The notes under the pieces are model-generated. The model was not told the origin of the DNA and did not search any database. It worked only from the letters and a program-made list of their open reading frames with translations. The position numbers and the translations under genes are program-made. A stretch of 61,120 bases of DNA from positions 1-61,120 of IMG/VR virus record IMGVR_UViG_3300048856_000042. The stretch is one strand, 5' to 3'. Each line of letters opens with the position of its first letter. Position 1 is the stretch's first letter. The stretch is from a virus (lineage: Duplodnaviria > Caudoviricetes). Shown here one piece after another: positions 1 to 8,852 of this stretch.

Positions 1-105
1 AAGATGAGACACAAGCGACCAAAGCTCCGCAAGGGTACCAAGGTCAATCAGCCCATGCGTCGATACACCCGAGAAAACCCCGACATGAAGTGGCTGCTCC
101 CATGA
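1..105 (+). CDS. 3' part of a hypothetical protein that starts at 61025 and crosses the circular junction
   Basis: ATG at 61025 gives 32 codons to 61120 and continues in frame (KMRHKRPKLRKG...) to TGA at 103-105, overlapping the next ATG (ATGA). Confidence 0.7.
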   Translation, partial: KMRHKRPKLRKGTKVNQPMRRYTRENPDMKWLLP

Positions 106-290
106 CTCGAGGATCACAGACCCGATCAATTATGGACAGCAACTTGGGTCCGACTTTGGCAGAGCTAAAGGACTTCGTTGATGCTGCCCTGAACGATGGC
201 CTTGACCCCCGATCAACGGTGAGAGTCGAGCGATCGCCCCATTACAACCAGTTCGACCGAGGCGAGTGGCGATTGGAGGTAACATCGTGA
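102..290 (+). CDS. hypothetical protein
   Basis: ORF coupled by 4-nt overlaps to both neighbours. Confidence 0.65.
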   Translation: MTRGSQTRSIMDSNLGPTLAELKDFVDAALNDGLDPRSTVRVERSPHYNQFDRGEWRLEVTS

Positions 291-688
291 CTTTCGAGAA
301 CGCGCACACCCCAACCGACGACGAGCGCAATGCACTCGCGAAGCGGATTGCTGATCTTCTGAACGACTATACGGGTGAGAGCTTCGCAGCGGAGTCATAC
401 ATGCTCGCGGACGCTCTGATTGACGAGGGCTTTTCCCGTTCCGAGGTACCGGAGCCGCGCGCCGCATGCCTGACCGAGCATCCGATCACTGGACGCCGAT
501 GCTCACAGCCCGCAGAACCGCGTCACGCACATGTCTGTGATCTGCCCCCGGAGTCGCAGGGCGAACCGTCCGACGCGATACTGAAAGCCTTCGAGGATGA
601 GTGGTACCGCCTGGATGGAGTAACCGAGCCGGAGCGCCATCGTCGAGCACTTCGCGCCGCTCTGGATATTGCTTGGAGGGTAAGATGA
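287..688 (+). CDS. hypothetical protein
   Basis: GTG start after GGAGG, overlapping the upstream stop. Confidence 0.7.
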   Translation: MTFENAHTPTDDERNALAKRIADLLNDYTGESFAAESYMLADALIDEGFSRSEVPEPRAACLTEHPITGRRCSQPAEPRHAHVCDLPPESQGEPSDAILKAFEDEWYRLDGVTEPERHRRALRAALDIAWRVR

Positions 689-1233
689 CGCTTCAGTTGA
701 GTGATGAGGAAGTTGCCTGGCTCGCCGGCATCATGTGCGTCCAGGGGGCATTCACTCGTACTGGTGGTGCTGCCTCACGAATTGGATGGATCGTCGGATC
801 GAAGAACTCACCTCAGACTGTAGCTAAGATCGCCGAGCTGACTCATCAGCGCCTCCGCAATACGAAGAGGGGTGATCATGTAGTCGTCGCAGGCCCGGCG
901 CTTGACGAGCTGATGGAGATCCTTTCGGAGTGGCTTGATAGTGACCGGTACGACGAATATCTGCGAGCGCTCGAGTTGGCAGCTGAAGTGGTTGCTGAAC
1001 GTAAGCGGAAACATGCAGAAGAGATATCGGCACGCGAGGCTCGAGTACGCGAGGATCGACTGATGACTCGTGAGCGCCGCCGGCAGCTCGCCGAAGCTAC
1101 CTATCGAAATCAAGACCCTGCTATTCAGGTCATCGAGGATAACGATGTTGCTGAAGCAGAGGTCACACGAGCGATTGCCCGCCGGGCGATTGAGAAGCAG
1201 CAACAGAGAAACGCAATGAGGAGTCCACTATGA
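685..1233 (+). CDS. degenerate LAGLIDADG-like domain protein with charged helical C-terminus
   Basis: N-terminal EVAWLAGIMCVQGAF resembles a LAGLIDADG helix lacking the acidic catalytic residue; GGAGG RBS. Confidence 0.5.
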   Translation: MTLQLSDEEVAWLAGIMCVQGAFTRTGGAASRIGWIVGSKNSPQTVAKIAELTHQRLRNTKRGDHVVVAGPALDELMEILSEWLDSDRYDEYLRALELAAEVVAERKRKHAEEISAREARVREDRLMTRERRRQLAEATYRNQDPAIQVIEDNDVAEAEVTRAIARRAIEKQQQRNAMRSPL

Positions 1234-1640
1234 GTGAAGAATCGTTCCGCCGTCCGACGGACACTGTCCGATCCTATGAGTTGATCTGGAAGGGCAATGT
1301 GCCTACAGTTCGCCCCTCGAACTGGGCTCCGGGTTATACGCCTGGTCACATGGCTTCAGTCGATGAGGCAGTGAAGTACGGTATGCACCGACTTCAGCAG
1401 GACCTTTCCGACATGCGCGAGAAGTGGTTGAACATCAACACGCTGGCCATGAGCCTGGCTGCTGACGACATGGAACAGGCCGATGCCGTCAAGGCAGCAG
1501 CTGAACCCACCACCAAGAAGTGCGATGGCTCTTGTGGGGATGACAACCCCCATGACTCCCACCTCACGAAGGCAGGACGTAAGCGCTATATCGAGCCCCA
1601 CACCGAGCAGGTCGATCATGGTGGATTCGAGGATCACTGA
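1230..1640 (+). CDS. hypothetical protein
   Basis: Coupled ORF with GAGGAG RBS. Confidence 0.7.
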   Translation: MSEESFRRPTDTVRSYELIWKGNVPTVRPSNWAPGYTPGHMASVDEAVKYGMHRLQQDLSDMREKWLNINTLAMSLAADDMEQADAVKAAAEPTTKKCDGSCGDDNPHDSHLTKAGRKRYIEPHTEQVDHGGFEDH

Positions 1641-2128
1641 TGGCTGATATCGCCCCTTGCAACATCAGAGCACCCCATGAGCGTCATTCCTGGCAAGAGG
1701 TGACAAACAACGATGAGCTTGGAATCCGCATTGGTTATCATCTTTGCAACGGCAAAAGATGGCAGAATGCTGAGGTCTACGAAAAACTCAAGGCCCTGAT
1801 CACTGATGTTCTGAAGGAAGAGAACAAGCAGTATTGGCGGGGAGGTCTCAATCCCGCTACCCGGATCACCGAGGCGATTTGGCAGGACATAGTGGGCTTC
1901 ATTCAGCCCGAGGACATGCCGACGCAATGGGACATCGACGCGGCGAAGGAAGATATCCAGAACTTCAAGTTGGGCAATGGCCGAGTCATGCTGATACCCC
2001 CTGACCCTCAGGAGCGAATCGCTAACGCGGTTGAGAAAATCGCCAAATTCACCGACAACTTCCATATCTGTGACCATGGCAACATCGAGGCTTTCTGCGA
2101 ACCCTGTAAGATGAAGAAATTTAGCTAA
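1640..2128 (+). CDS. hypothetical protein
   Basis: TGATG coupling; Cys/His clusters at both termini. Confidence 0.7.
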   Translation: MADIAPCNIRAPHERHSWQEVTNNDELGIRIGYHLCNGKRWQNAEVYEKLKALITDVLKEENKQYWRGGLNPATRITEAIWQDIVGFIQPEDMPTQWDIDAAKEDIQNFKLGNGRVMLIPPDPQERIANAVEKIAKFTDNFHICDHGNIEAFCEPCKMKKFS

Positions 2129-2137
2129 GGAGTAACA

Positions 2138-2377
2138 ATGCGCGCTATCTACGAAGACAATGGCTCGGGCAAGCTGACTGGTCGACACCTGCAGGAATTG
2201 GCTGCTCAACTGCCCCTTGAGGCTGAGATTATCTCCCTCAAGGTCGAGGAGTCTCAGACCGATGGATGGTATTGGTCGATCAAGGCTCGAGTGCCTGAGG
2301 TTCCCAAGCCGAAGATTCATACCCATCGACCAGGCATGCGAGGCTCAGTCGCTGATCAGGTTGGTCGGGATCGCTGA
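2138..2377 (+). CDS. hypothetical protein
   Basis: AAGGAG RBS. Confidence 0.7.
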   Translation: MRAIYEDNGSGKLTGRHLQELAAQLPLEAEIISLKVEESQTDGWYWSIKARVPEVPKPKIHTHRPGMRGSVADQVGRDR

Positions 2378-2955
2378 TGGCTGAGGACATTGGCAAGGTT
2401 TGCACCTGTATCCCGCATGACCAAGATGCCGGAGGGGTTTACATCGAACATCTACTTGAGTACGAGCCCTCGTGCCAGATTCACAGCCACCACCTTTACG
2501 ATCCTCGTCGAGGTTGTTGGATTCTGACTGATGGAGAACATCAGCTCAAGATCGTGGAGGGGGAGATCGAGGTCTGCGATACGTGCACCAACATGTACGG
2601 GTATAACATCGCCTGGGATCAGACCTGGCACGCTCTGCATAAGGACAAGGCCCGACAGGTGCAGCACTGCTGGCGACCCGTTGAACCCGATTCTGAGGAA
2701 CTTGTGCCCTACTGCGGTGATGAGACTGCGCCTCGGGGCCTGAATCTGGTCACCTCAACTGAAGCCAATGCGGTACCCGTATGTCCGAGATGCCATCGGA
2801 TGGCTATGGCTGCTGCACGTAAGGCAGAATGGGATAAGATGACCTCAGATGAGGCTGTCAATATTTTCAAGAACGCCTGGCATATTGCCCGTAGGCTTGA
2901 GAAGCCCAAGACCCAGTTCGCCCTCAACCGCATCCGAGAGCTGCTGGGACGATGA
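2377..2955 (+). CDS. hypothetical Cys/His-rich protein (possible Zn binding)
   Basis: CxC and CxxC motifs; TGATG coupling. Confidence 0.7.
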   Translation: MAEDIGKVCTCIPHDQDAGGVYIEHLLEYEPSCQIHSHHLYDPRRGCWILTDGEHQLKIVEGEIEVCDTCTNMYGYNIAWDQTWHALHKDKARQVQHCWRPVEPDSEELVPYCGDETAPRGLNLVTSTEANAVPVCPRCHRMAMAAARKAEWDKMTSDEAVNIFKNAWHIARRLEKPKTQFALNRIRELLGR

Positions 2956-3092
2956 AGAAATTCAAGCTATACTGGGCACGTTTAGTTTGTGAGTTGGTGG
3001 GACATAAGTATAACAATGATGAGTATGTCCCAGGCTCATGGCGTCTGCCCTGCGCTCGCTGCGATCATATCAGTCGACTCTGATGACACCCT

Positions 3093-3147
3093 AATCGCCC
3101 CGATTACGCATCCAATAAATTACTCATGGTGCATGATCGGGGCGATT
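3093..3147. repeat. 12-bp perfect inverted repeat at a convergent gene junction
   Basis: AATCGCCCCGAT (3093-3104) / ATCGGGGCGATT (3136-3147). Confidence 0.8.
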
Positions 3148-3187
3148 TTAGGCGTATCCCAGGGCCTGCTGGCGGCATTCCCATGCG

Positions 3188-3220
3188 CGATGATCAGTCG
3201 ATGATCAGTCGATAATCAGC
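3188..3220. repeat. 3 x 11-bp tandem repeat
   Basis: CGATGATCAGT CGATGATCAGT CGATAATCAGC. Confidence 0.8.
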
Positions 3221-3846
3221 TCTTCATCTGGGACATTCGTGAAGTCAATCACCTTCGGCAGTACGGGTGTGGAGAATCGGCGCACTTCCTTATCGACGAT
3301 GTCTTCGTTATCAGTTTCTTCGCGACCTCGCATACCAACCTGACCCTCCTCTTCGAGAGGGCGGATGAGCTCGTAGAATGGTGCGCCGGCAGCGAAGCCC
3401 CGCTCGAGATAACCCTCGACATCTAGTTCGGCGAGAACCTTCATCACTGCAGGCATGCTAAGTCCCACACCCTCAGGCTCGGGCAGTACGAGGACATGCG
3501 GGTAAACGCGGTTGGGAGCATCCATGTGAGACTTGCCAGTGCGATCGACCCCATGCAACCCCATCGTGCCCTGAGTGGTCGGACCCGCAGTGACATTTTT
3601 TCTGATCCAGGCTTCGATCTTGGGTCGATTGACGGGCTTTCGACCGGCAGTCCCCTTGGCTCGGGGTGCTCCAGCGGGCCGTGAAGCGAGCTGCTTGACC
3701 TCCACCTTATTGATCAGGCAGTTGGCCTTAGTCAGGGCCTGCTGTACAGCGATACGGAGATACTTCTCGACCTTATCAGCAGTCCGAGGATTGCCTTCAG
3801 TATCGACCCCCTCTTCGATGTCGATGATCAGAGTGTACTTTGACAT
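3205..3846 (-). CDS. hypothetical protein (possible DNA-binding)
   Basis: Long ORF; likely start MSKYTL; basic central linker. Confidence 0.7.
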   Translation of the reverse strand: MSKYTLIIDIEEGVDTEGNPRTADKVEKYLRIAVQQALTKANCLINKVEVKQLASRPAGAPRAKGTAGRKPVNRPKIEAWIRKNVTAGPTTQGTMGLHGVDRTGKSHMDAPNRVYPHVLVLPEPEGVGLSMPAVMKVLAELDVEGYLERGFAAGAPFYELIRPLEEEGQVGMRGREETDNEDIVDKEVRRFSTPVLPKVIDFTNVPDEELIID

Positions 3847-3933
3847 TGCCTTTCCCATCCCATGTATGCAATGAATTGATATTGCAATTATTGCACTTAT
3901 GCAATCGATTAGCAATAAGGGGGGAAGCCCATT

Positions 3934-6018
3934 TCATCGAGCTTCGACGGTTACCAAGAACCACCTGTTGCTGCCGTCAGTGAGTTGTTCGCGATCCACC
4001 ACGCCTCGCTCAAGATGACGAGTCATCTGACGGTGAACTGCCGAGCGAGAGATCTTACGGGCCTCAGCGATGGCCTGCGTAGTCATCGGACCGTGCTCGA
4101 GCAAACTGATGATCTCATCCCGGGCTTTCTTAGCCTGAGGGGTGCTTCGGCGATTGGCCCGCTCATCGTCAGTACCATGACGTTCCGGTCTTTCCTTCTC
4201 ATCACTAGACCATGGCTCGATCGTGGGCGACCACTCAAGGTTCTGAAGATTGCCCATGCGATAGGCTGCTCCTGGAATGGTCTTCGACTCAGTATCGATT
4301 CGCATATCTTTGCCACCAGTATGACTGATGTAGAAGCTATCCTCAGCCCATGCATGGTTAGCCACTGCACCGAGCATTCGTTGACCGGGGCGAGCCTTCT
4401 CAGCTTTAGCCATGTGATGAATGACGATAACCGCGACGTCATGCTTACGCGAAAGCACCTTCAGCGGTCGAAAGATCTTGTTCGTCATCTCCTGGGACTT
4501 GGTTTCTTCAACATCTCCAGCAGTCATCATCAGTGTATCGATGATCACCAGCTTATATGGTTGATCGTTCATTCCCTTGGCGAGCGTCTCATCGAGCCAC
4601 TCCTGCCATGCTTCATTTGAGATGGTGAAGCCTCGCTGGATGTAAGCCATCACATCCGGGTCGAACTTCTCTTCCTCTTCCTTCGGCAGCCACCAGATAC
4701 CAGCACCCTCTTCATCACGGACCAGCTCGAGCTTATCGGTAGTCTTGCCTACCCAGATCTTCGCTGATCGATTCTTTAGCGTGGCGGGTGGGTCTTCTTC
4801 TTGGATATATAGTACCGGGCCAGGATCTGCGACCCGAAAATGCCCCAGAAAATCAGCACCAGTAGCGACTGAGAAAGCCATGTCAAGGCCAACCCAAGAC
4901 TTATATGACTTAGGCTCGCCAGCAATAAACCCGCACGCACCTTTGGTGAGAACATCCTTGATGATGTACTTGGGCTTTTTGACGTTCTTGAGGAGGAAAC
5001 CGAGTCGTTCTGGTTCGGGTCGTTCGATTTCATCATCTTCCCCGTTTTCCTCTTTGTCGAGCTTCTCGATCGTCTCATCAGACCGTTTGGCAATTGCCTT
5101 GGAGGCTTCCGAGATGAGCCTACGCATTTCATCCTGGCGACCTTCGAACTTATTCCACACCGAAGGCTTGACGACTGATACGATCTCGGCTGTTGTGCAG
5201 CCAACATCAGCCAGGCATCGAATAAGATACCAGAGCTTCTCACTCTTATCTGCCCCGCCAGTATCCCGAGCGGTAAGCAATTCTCGAGCGGTATGGTTCA
5301 GCTTCAGCTTGACCCTAGCGATGACCGCGAGCCTATCAACTGCATCGATATCAGAGGATAGGGCCTCGGTTAGCTGGGTTTCACCGATCTTGAGCTCGGG
5401 TAGTTCAGCGAAGTCCGTCAACTCATATTGAGGACCGTCCATCCAAAGGATCTTACCCTTGGGGTAGTTACCGTGCTTATCTCGGTAATGGGGCTTATGG
5501 TTCTCCCACCCCGGAATGCGCAGCAACTGAGCAGTATCCCATCCACCAAGGTCAGCACCGAGGTGATAGGTGAGCTTTTGGTTCTCCTTGCCAGGCCACG
5601 ATGCCATAGCAAAGTTACCCGCCCCGCGGCGTGCTACCCAAAGAGCCTGGTATCGATCAGGTGATGACTCCCAGGCGATGGTAGGTTGATAATCTTCGAT
5701 CAGATAGGGGTTAGCTTCGTCGAGGTCAGCCCAGAGGGCATATTCCTCCATAGCGTAACCCTCTTGACGAATGGGGTATTCGAAGATGGAGGTGGACCAG
5801 TACAGATCATGCTGGGTGTGGGACAGCATGTAATCGATGATCTTGTCTTTCTCTTTCGGCCAATAGAACGAGGGTCCCTCATTGAACCCTGCGCGCCGCT
5901 TACCCGAGCGCTCTTGTTCTTCTCGGTCGATATAGGGAAAGAAGACATACCCTCGCTGAGGTCCCCATGCCTTGGAGATGAGTCTCAGTGCCTTCTCTGC
6001 GTCAGCCTTTGATACCAT
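3934..6018 (-). CDS. DNA primase-helicase (RepB-like primase + RepA/AAA_25 helicase + C-terminal HTH)
   Basis: Primase motifs LWADLD, ESSPDRYQALW, LLRIPG; Walker A GEPKSYKS, YIQEED, Walker B LVIIDTL, VIHH; C-terminal MTTQAIAEARKISRSAVHRQM HTH. Confidence 0.85.
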   Translation of the reverse strand: MVSKADAEKALRLISKAWGPQRGYVFFPYIDREEQERSGKRRAGFNEGPSFYWPKEKDKIIDYMLSHTQHDLYWSTSIFEYPIRQEGYAMEEYALWADLDEANPYLIEDYQPTIAWESSPDRYQALWVARRGAGNFAMASWPGKENQKLTYHLGADLGGWDTAQLLRIPGWENHKPHYRDKHGNYPKGKILWMDGPQYELTDFAELPELKIGETQLTEALSSDIDAVDRLAVIARVKLKLNHTARELLTARDTGGADKSEKLWYLIRCLADVGCTTAEIVSVVKPSVWNKFEGRQDEMRRLISEASKAIAKRSDETIEKLDKEENGEDDEIERPEPERLGFLLKNVKKPKYIIKDVLTKGACGFIAGEPKSYKSWVGLDMAFSVATGADFLGHFRVADPGPVLYIQEEDPPATLKNRSAKIWVGKTTDKLELVRDEEGAGIWWLPKEEEEKFDPDVMAYIQRGFTISNEAWQEWLDETLAKGMNDQPYKLVIIDTLMMTAGDVEETKSQEMTNKIFRPLKVLSRKHDVAVIVIHHMAKAEKARPGQRMLGAVANHAWAEDSFYISHTGGKDMRIDTESKTIPGAAYRMGNLQNLEWSPTIEPWSSDEKERPERHGTDDERANRRSTPQAKKARDEIISLLEHGPMTTQAIAEARKISRSAVHRQMTRHLERGVVDREQLTDGSNRWFLVTVEAR

Positions 6019-6278
6019 TACGCCTGGATCGCCTTCAGCTTCTCGGTCAGTTCAGTAGCCAGTCCGAGCAATGCTTTCGCCTCGGGTGAACCTCGCTCTG
6101 GTCGATCGATTCCGCTGATGTACTTATCCATGAGATGCTCATGAATCAGATCAGCAACCTCACGTTTGCCAGTCTCATACCCAAGCTCAAAGATTGGAAA
6201 GGTGGGATCCTTTTTCATCCTCTCCCGATTGTTTTTGTATCCAACAAGGAGGCTATCGAAGTTCTTTTTGGCGGCCAT
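6018..6278 (-). CDS. hypothetical protein
   Basis: Coupled to the primase start; AAGGA RBS. Confidence 0.7.
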   Translation of the reverse strand: MAAKKNFDSLLVGYKNNRERMKKDPTFPIFELGYETGKREVADLIHEHLMDKYISGIDRPERGSPEAKALLGLATELTEKLKAIQA

Positions 6279-6505
6279 GTGAGTCCTTTGCCTGTGAGTC
6301 CGTTGTTTACCTGTTCGTTCAACATCAGCAGCTGTGAGTCGAGTGACTGGTAATATCCATGATAATATGCCGGCACTGGGGGATGCAAACTTCTCATTCC
6401 GGGGACTGTAGCTCTGTTAGTGTTGACGGGGATCATACCCCTCGATATGATCGATATATGCTCGCGCGCGATGCGCACATATTGATATTGAGAGGAGGGG
6501 GGAGC

Positions 6506-7081
6506 ATGACTGACGTTGGCCTCATCACCATACATGAGTTGCTTGAAGATGAGAAATATGCCAAGTACTTTGAGAAGGCTCCTGAATTGCCGGCACATTA
6601 CTTCACTGGGGGCCACGAACCCTGGCGATTGATGGTGTTGGTAAAGGGCAAATCAAGGTGGGCATCGAAGAGATTTGCCGATTACACCGAGGCGGCTGAA
6701 CGAATAGTTGAGTTGCTCCCCAAGATCAGCAATGGAGCGATCAATTGCCCGGGACTCAATTTCATGCCACCCATTCGTCATGCGCGGGTAAAGAACCGCA
6801 TTGATCCCAAAACCAAGAAGCCGGCGATCATCTCGAGGGTATGGACCCCCCAGCTTGATGGTGATATGCCCCCGCATCACTGGTGTGGGTATTGTCGACG
6901 CCCCACGATCTTCGGACACAAGGCTATGCCTCCCAAAATGTTGGGTGACTTCAAGCTGCCTGCTTCGCAGATCGCCTACCGATGCACCCTATGCGGGGCC
7001 AGTGCATCACTGATGGATATTCGTCGACCTGAGTTGAATCAGCGCTGGGATACGAATCGACCAGCTTTCTTCCATGGCTGA
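6506..7081 (+). CDS. hypothetical protein with C-terminal Zn-ribbon
   Basis: Strong RBS GAGGAGG; WCGYCRRP...CTLCG. Confidence 0.75.
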   Translation: MTDVGLITIHELLEDEKYAKYFEKAPELPAHYFTGGHEPWRLMVLVKGKSRWASKRFADYTEAAERIVELLPKISNGAINCPGLNFMPPIRHARVKNRIDPKTKKPAIISRVWTPQLDGDMPPHHWCGYCRRPTIFGHKAMPPKMLGDFKLPASQIAYRCTLCGASASLMDIRRPELNQRWDTNRPAFFHG

Positions 7082-7247
7082 GGGTCTTCCACACCTGACG
7101 ATCGAAGAGCTTGATGCCTCGATCAAGGCGCTTAGTACTTTGCGCGAATTCGTCACAAACCCCGAGCTCGAGACGTCATTTCGCCTCGTGCTTACTGAAC
7201 TTCACACTGTAGCAAGAAATGCGAGAGACATCAGCGATGGAATCTGA
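7074..7247 (+). CDS. small hypothetical protein (57 aa, below ORF-track cutoff)
   Basis: MAEGLPHLTIEELDASIKAL...; fills the gap and overlaps both neighbours. Confidence 0.6.
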   Translation: MAEGLPHLTIEELDASIKALSTLREFVTNPELETSFRLVLTELHTVARNARDISDGI

Positions 7248-7458
7248 AGCCCGTACTACTACCAAAGATCACTTTTGGGTCGAGCTCAAGTATGTGCCCG
7301 TAACAGTCGAGGAGCGAGAGGAAGATGGTTCACTCGATATCTATGCGAGCGAAGAGGGACTCGATGTCTCTGCTGATGAGGCAGTATATGGATGCTGGTT
7401 CTGTCATACCCCCCTGAATACTTCAACCTTTCCGACCGAGTGCCGGCCAGAGGATTAA
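7237..7458 (+). CDS. hypothetical protein
   Basis: GCWFC...C motif; overlaps upstream stop. Confidence 0.6.
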   Translation: MESEARTTTKDHFWVELKYVPVTVEEREEDGSLDIYASEEGLDVSADEAVYGCWFCHTPLNTSTFPTECRPED

Positions 7459-7499
7459 GCACGCGGGCAAGCGAGGTTCAAAAAATGTTCTGAGGAACC

Positions 7500-7529
7500 T
7501 TGACTGATCGCCCAATGCCCATATAAGGT
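7500..7529 (+). promoter_or_regulatory. SigA-type promoter
   Basis: TTGACT-N18-TAAGGT upstream of ORF 7579. Confidence 0.6.
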
Positions 7530-7578
7530 ACTCATATCGCCACCTCAAGGCGATACCATATCACACAAAGGACTAATC

Positions 7579-8280
7579 ATGGGATACACCGAAGCCACCC
7601 TCAAGAAGAAGTCAGTCGCTGAGCTGAAGGAGCTCGCAGAGGATCTCTTCGACGAGGATGAGCTCGATGCCATCACGACCAAGCAGCCGATCATCGACAA
7701 GCTCATGGAGAGCAACACCGATGACGACGAGGTCGATGACGACGAGCTCGATGACGAAGCAGATGACGAGGTCGAAGACGACGAAGAAGCCGACGAGCTC
7801 GATGACGAGGCTGACGACGAAGTCGACGATGACGATGACGAGCTGCCCGAGGCCGATGAGGTAGACGAGGTCGAGGAGAAGCCGGCCGCCAAGGCGAAGA
7901 CATCGGCCAAGAAGACCAAGTACACCGATGGTGGTACCAACGACAAGGGTGAGAAGCTGCTCGGAGCCAAGGAGGTCGCGACCAACATCGGTACCGACGC
8001 CAAGACCCTTCGTCAGTTCTTCCGCTCGGGCAAGTCGAGCTTCACCGCAGTGGGCGCCGGCGGTCGCTATGAGTTCAGCGAAGCCGATCTGCCGAAGATC
8101 AAGGCCGAGTTCGAGGGCTGGAAGGCCAACAAGCCGGGTCGAGGCCGCGCTGCCGAGGGCGGTACCAGCACTTCGACCAAGAAGCGTCGCGGTAAGGCCG
8201 AGCCGAAGCCCGAGGACACCATCGATGAGATCGAGGAAATCGAAGACCTCGACGACATGGATGACATCGAGCTCGACTGA
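7579..8280 (+). CDS. acidic DNA-binding protein: N-terminal HEH-like module, D/E tract, winged-HTH domain (paralogue family member 1)
   Basis: LKKKSVAELKELA; long D/E run; GAKEVATNIGTDAKTLRQFFR...GAGGRYEF; strongly biased codon use. Confidence 0.8.
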   Translation: MGYTEATLKKKSVAELKELAEDLFDEDELDAITTKQPIIDKLMESNTDDDEVDDDELDDEADDEVEDDEEADELDDEADDEVDDDDDELPEADEVDEVEEKPAAKAKTSAKKTKYTDGGTNDKGEKLLGAKEVATNIGTDAKTLRQFFRSGKSSFTAVGAGGRYEFSEADLPKIKAEFEGWKANKPGRGRAAEGGTSTSTKKRRGKAEPKPEDTIDEIEEIEDLDDMDDIELD

Positions 8281-8287
8281 TCAAGCC

Positions 8288-8327
8288 GGGGGCTGGTGAC
8301 GCGAAATGTCTTCTGGCCATCAGCCCC
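8288..8327 (+). other. GC-rich hairpin after ORF 7579 (terminator or processing element)
   Basis: GGGGCTGGTG / CATCAGCCCC. Confidence 0.5.
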
Positions 8328-8500
8328 CTCCATAATTACACAGAGACTTAGCAACTGAATGGCACTACCCGCCTGTCACGCGGGGGATGACATTCACCAG
8401 TAGGGGGGAAGTGGAATTTCCTCGAGTCTGGTAGGGGGAGGGTAGAATAGATCCCTAATAATCCATCGAAATACCCTCCCCTCAACCCTCGACTATGCGA

Positions 8501-8622
8501 GGGGCGGTAGCTCAATGGCAGAGCCGCAGAGGGTGTTGCAACCTTCGTTTAGCACCTCTCGGAGGGGTGAGTCTATACGATAGCCTGATGCTGTGATGGG
8601 AGTTCGAGTCTCCCCCGCTCCA
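8501..8622 (+). ncRNA. tRNA-Ala-like RNA with expanded multi-hairpin anticodon domain
   Basis: Acceptor GGGGCGG/CCGCTCC with G3-U70 and A73; D arm GCTC-AATGGCA-GAGC; T arm GGGAG-TTCGAGT-CTCCC; 73 nt between D and T arms. Confidence 0.7.
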
Positions 8623-8779
8623 CGGCTAGTGAACTGGTACACGGCTTGCCAACAGAAACAAATGCCAGCGAGGTCTAGTGCTCCTCGGAAGTTAAACGCA
8701 TAGAGGCAGTGGGTAGGCTGGGAGCAGCTCACTCGTGAATGACCGGACCCTTAGTAATACCCCGGCGACTGTCTCGCCT

Positions 8780-8852
8780 ACCGATATAGCTCAGTTGGCA
8801 GAGCAAGGGATTGTTAATCCCTGGGTCACTGGTTCGAGTCCAGTTATCGGTG
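8780..8852 (+). tRNA. tRNA-Asn(GTT), CCA not encoded
   Basis: Full cloverleaf: ACCGATA/TATCGGT, D arm GCTC/GAGC, anticodon arm AGGGA-TTGTTAA-TCCCT, T arm ACTGG-TTCGAGT-CCAGT, discriminator G. Confidence 0.95.

Noticed and set aside
7720-7880. GACGACGAG-type repeats (also 10780-10930) as CRISPR or tandem array
   Set aside because: They simply encode D/E tracts; no repeat-spacer structure
8501-8622. Canonical tmRNA or group I intron-containing tRNA
   Set aside because: Has a full D stem and only ~60 nt of insert, too short for either; kept as an unusual tRNA-like RNA
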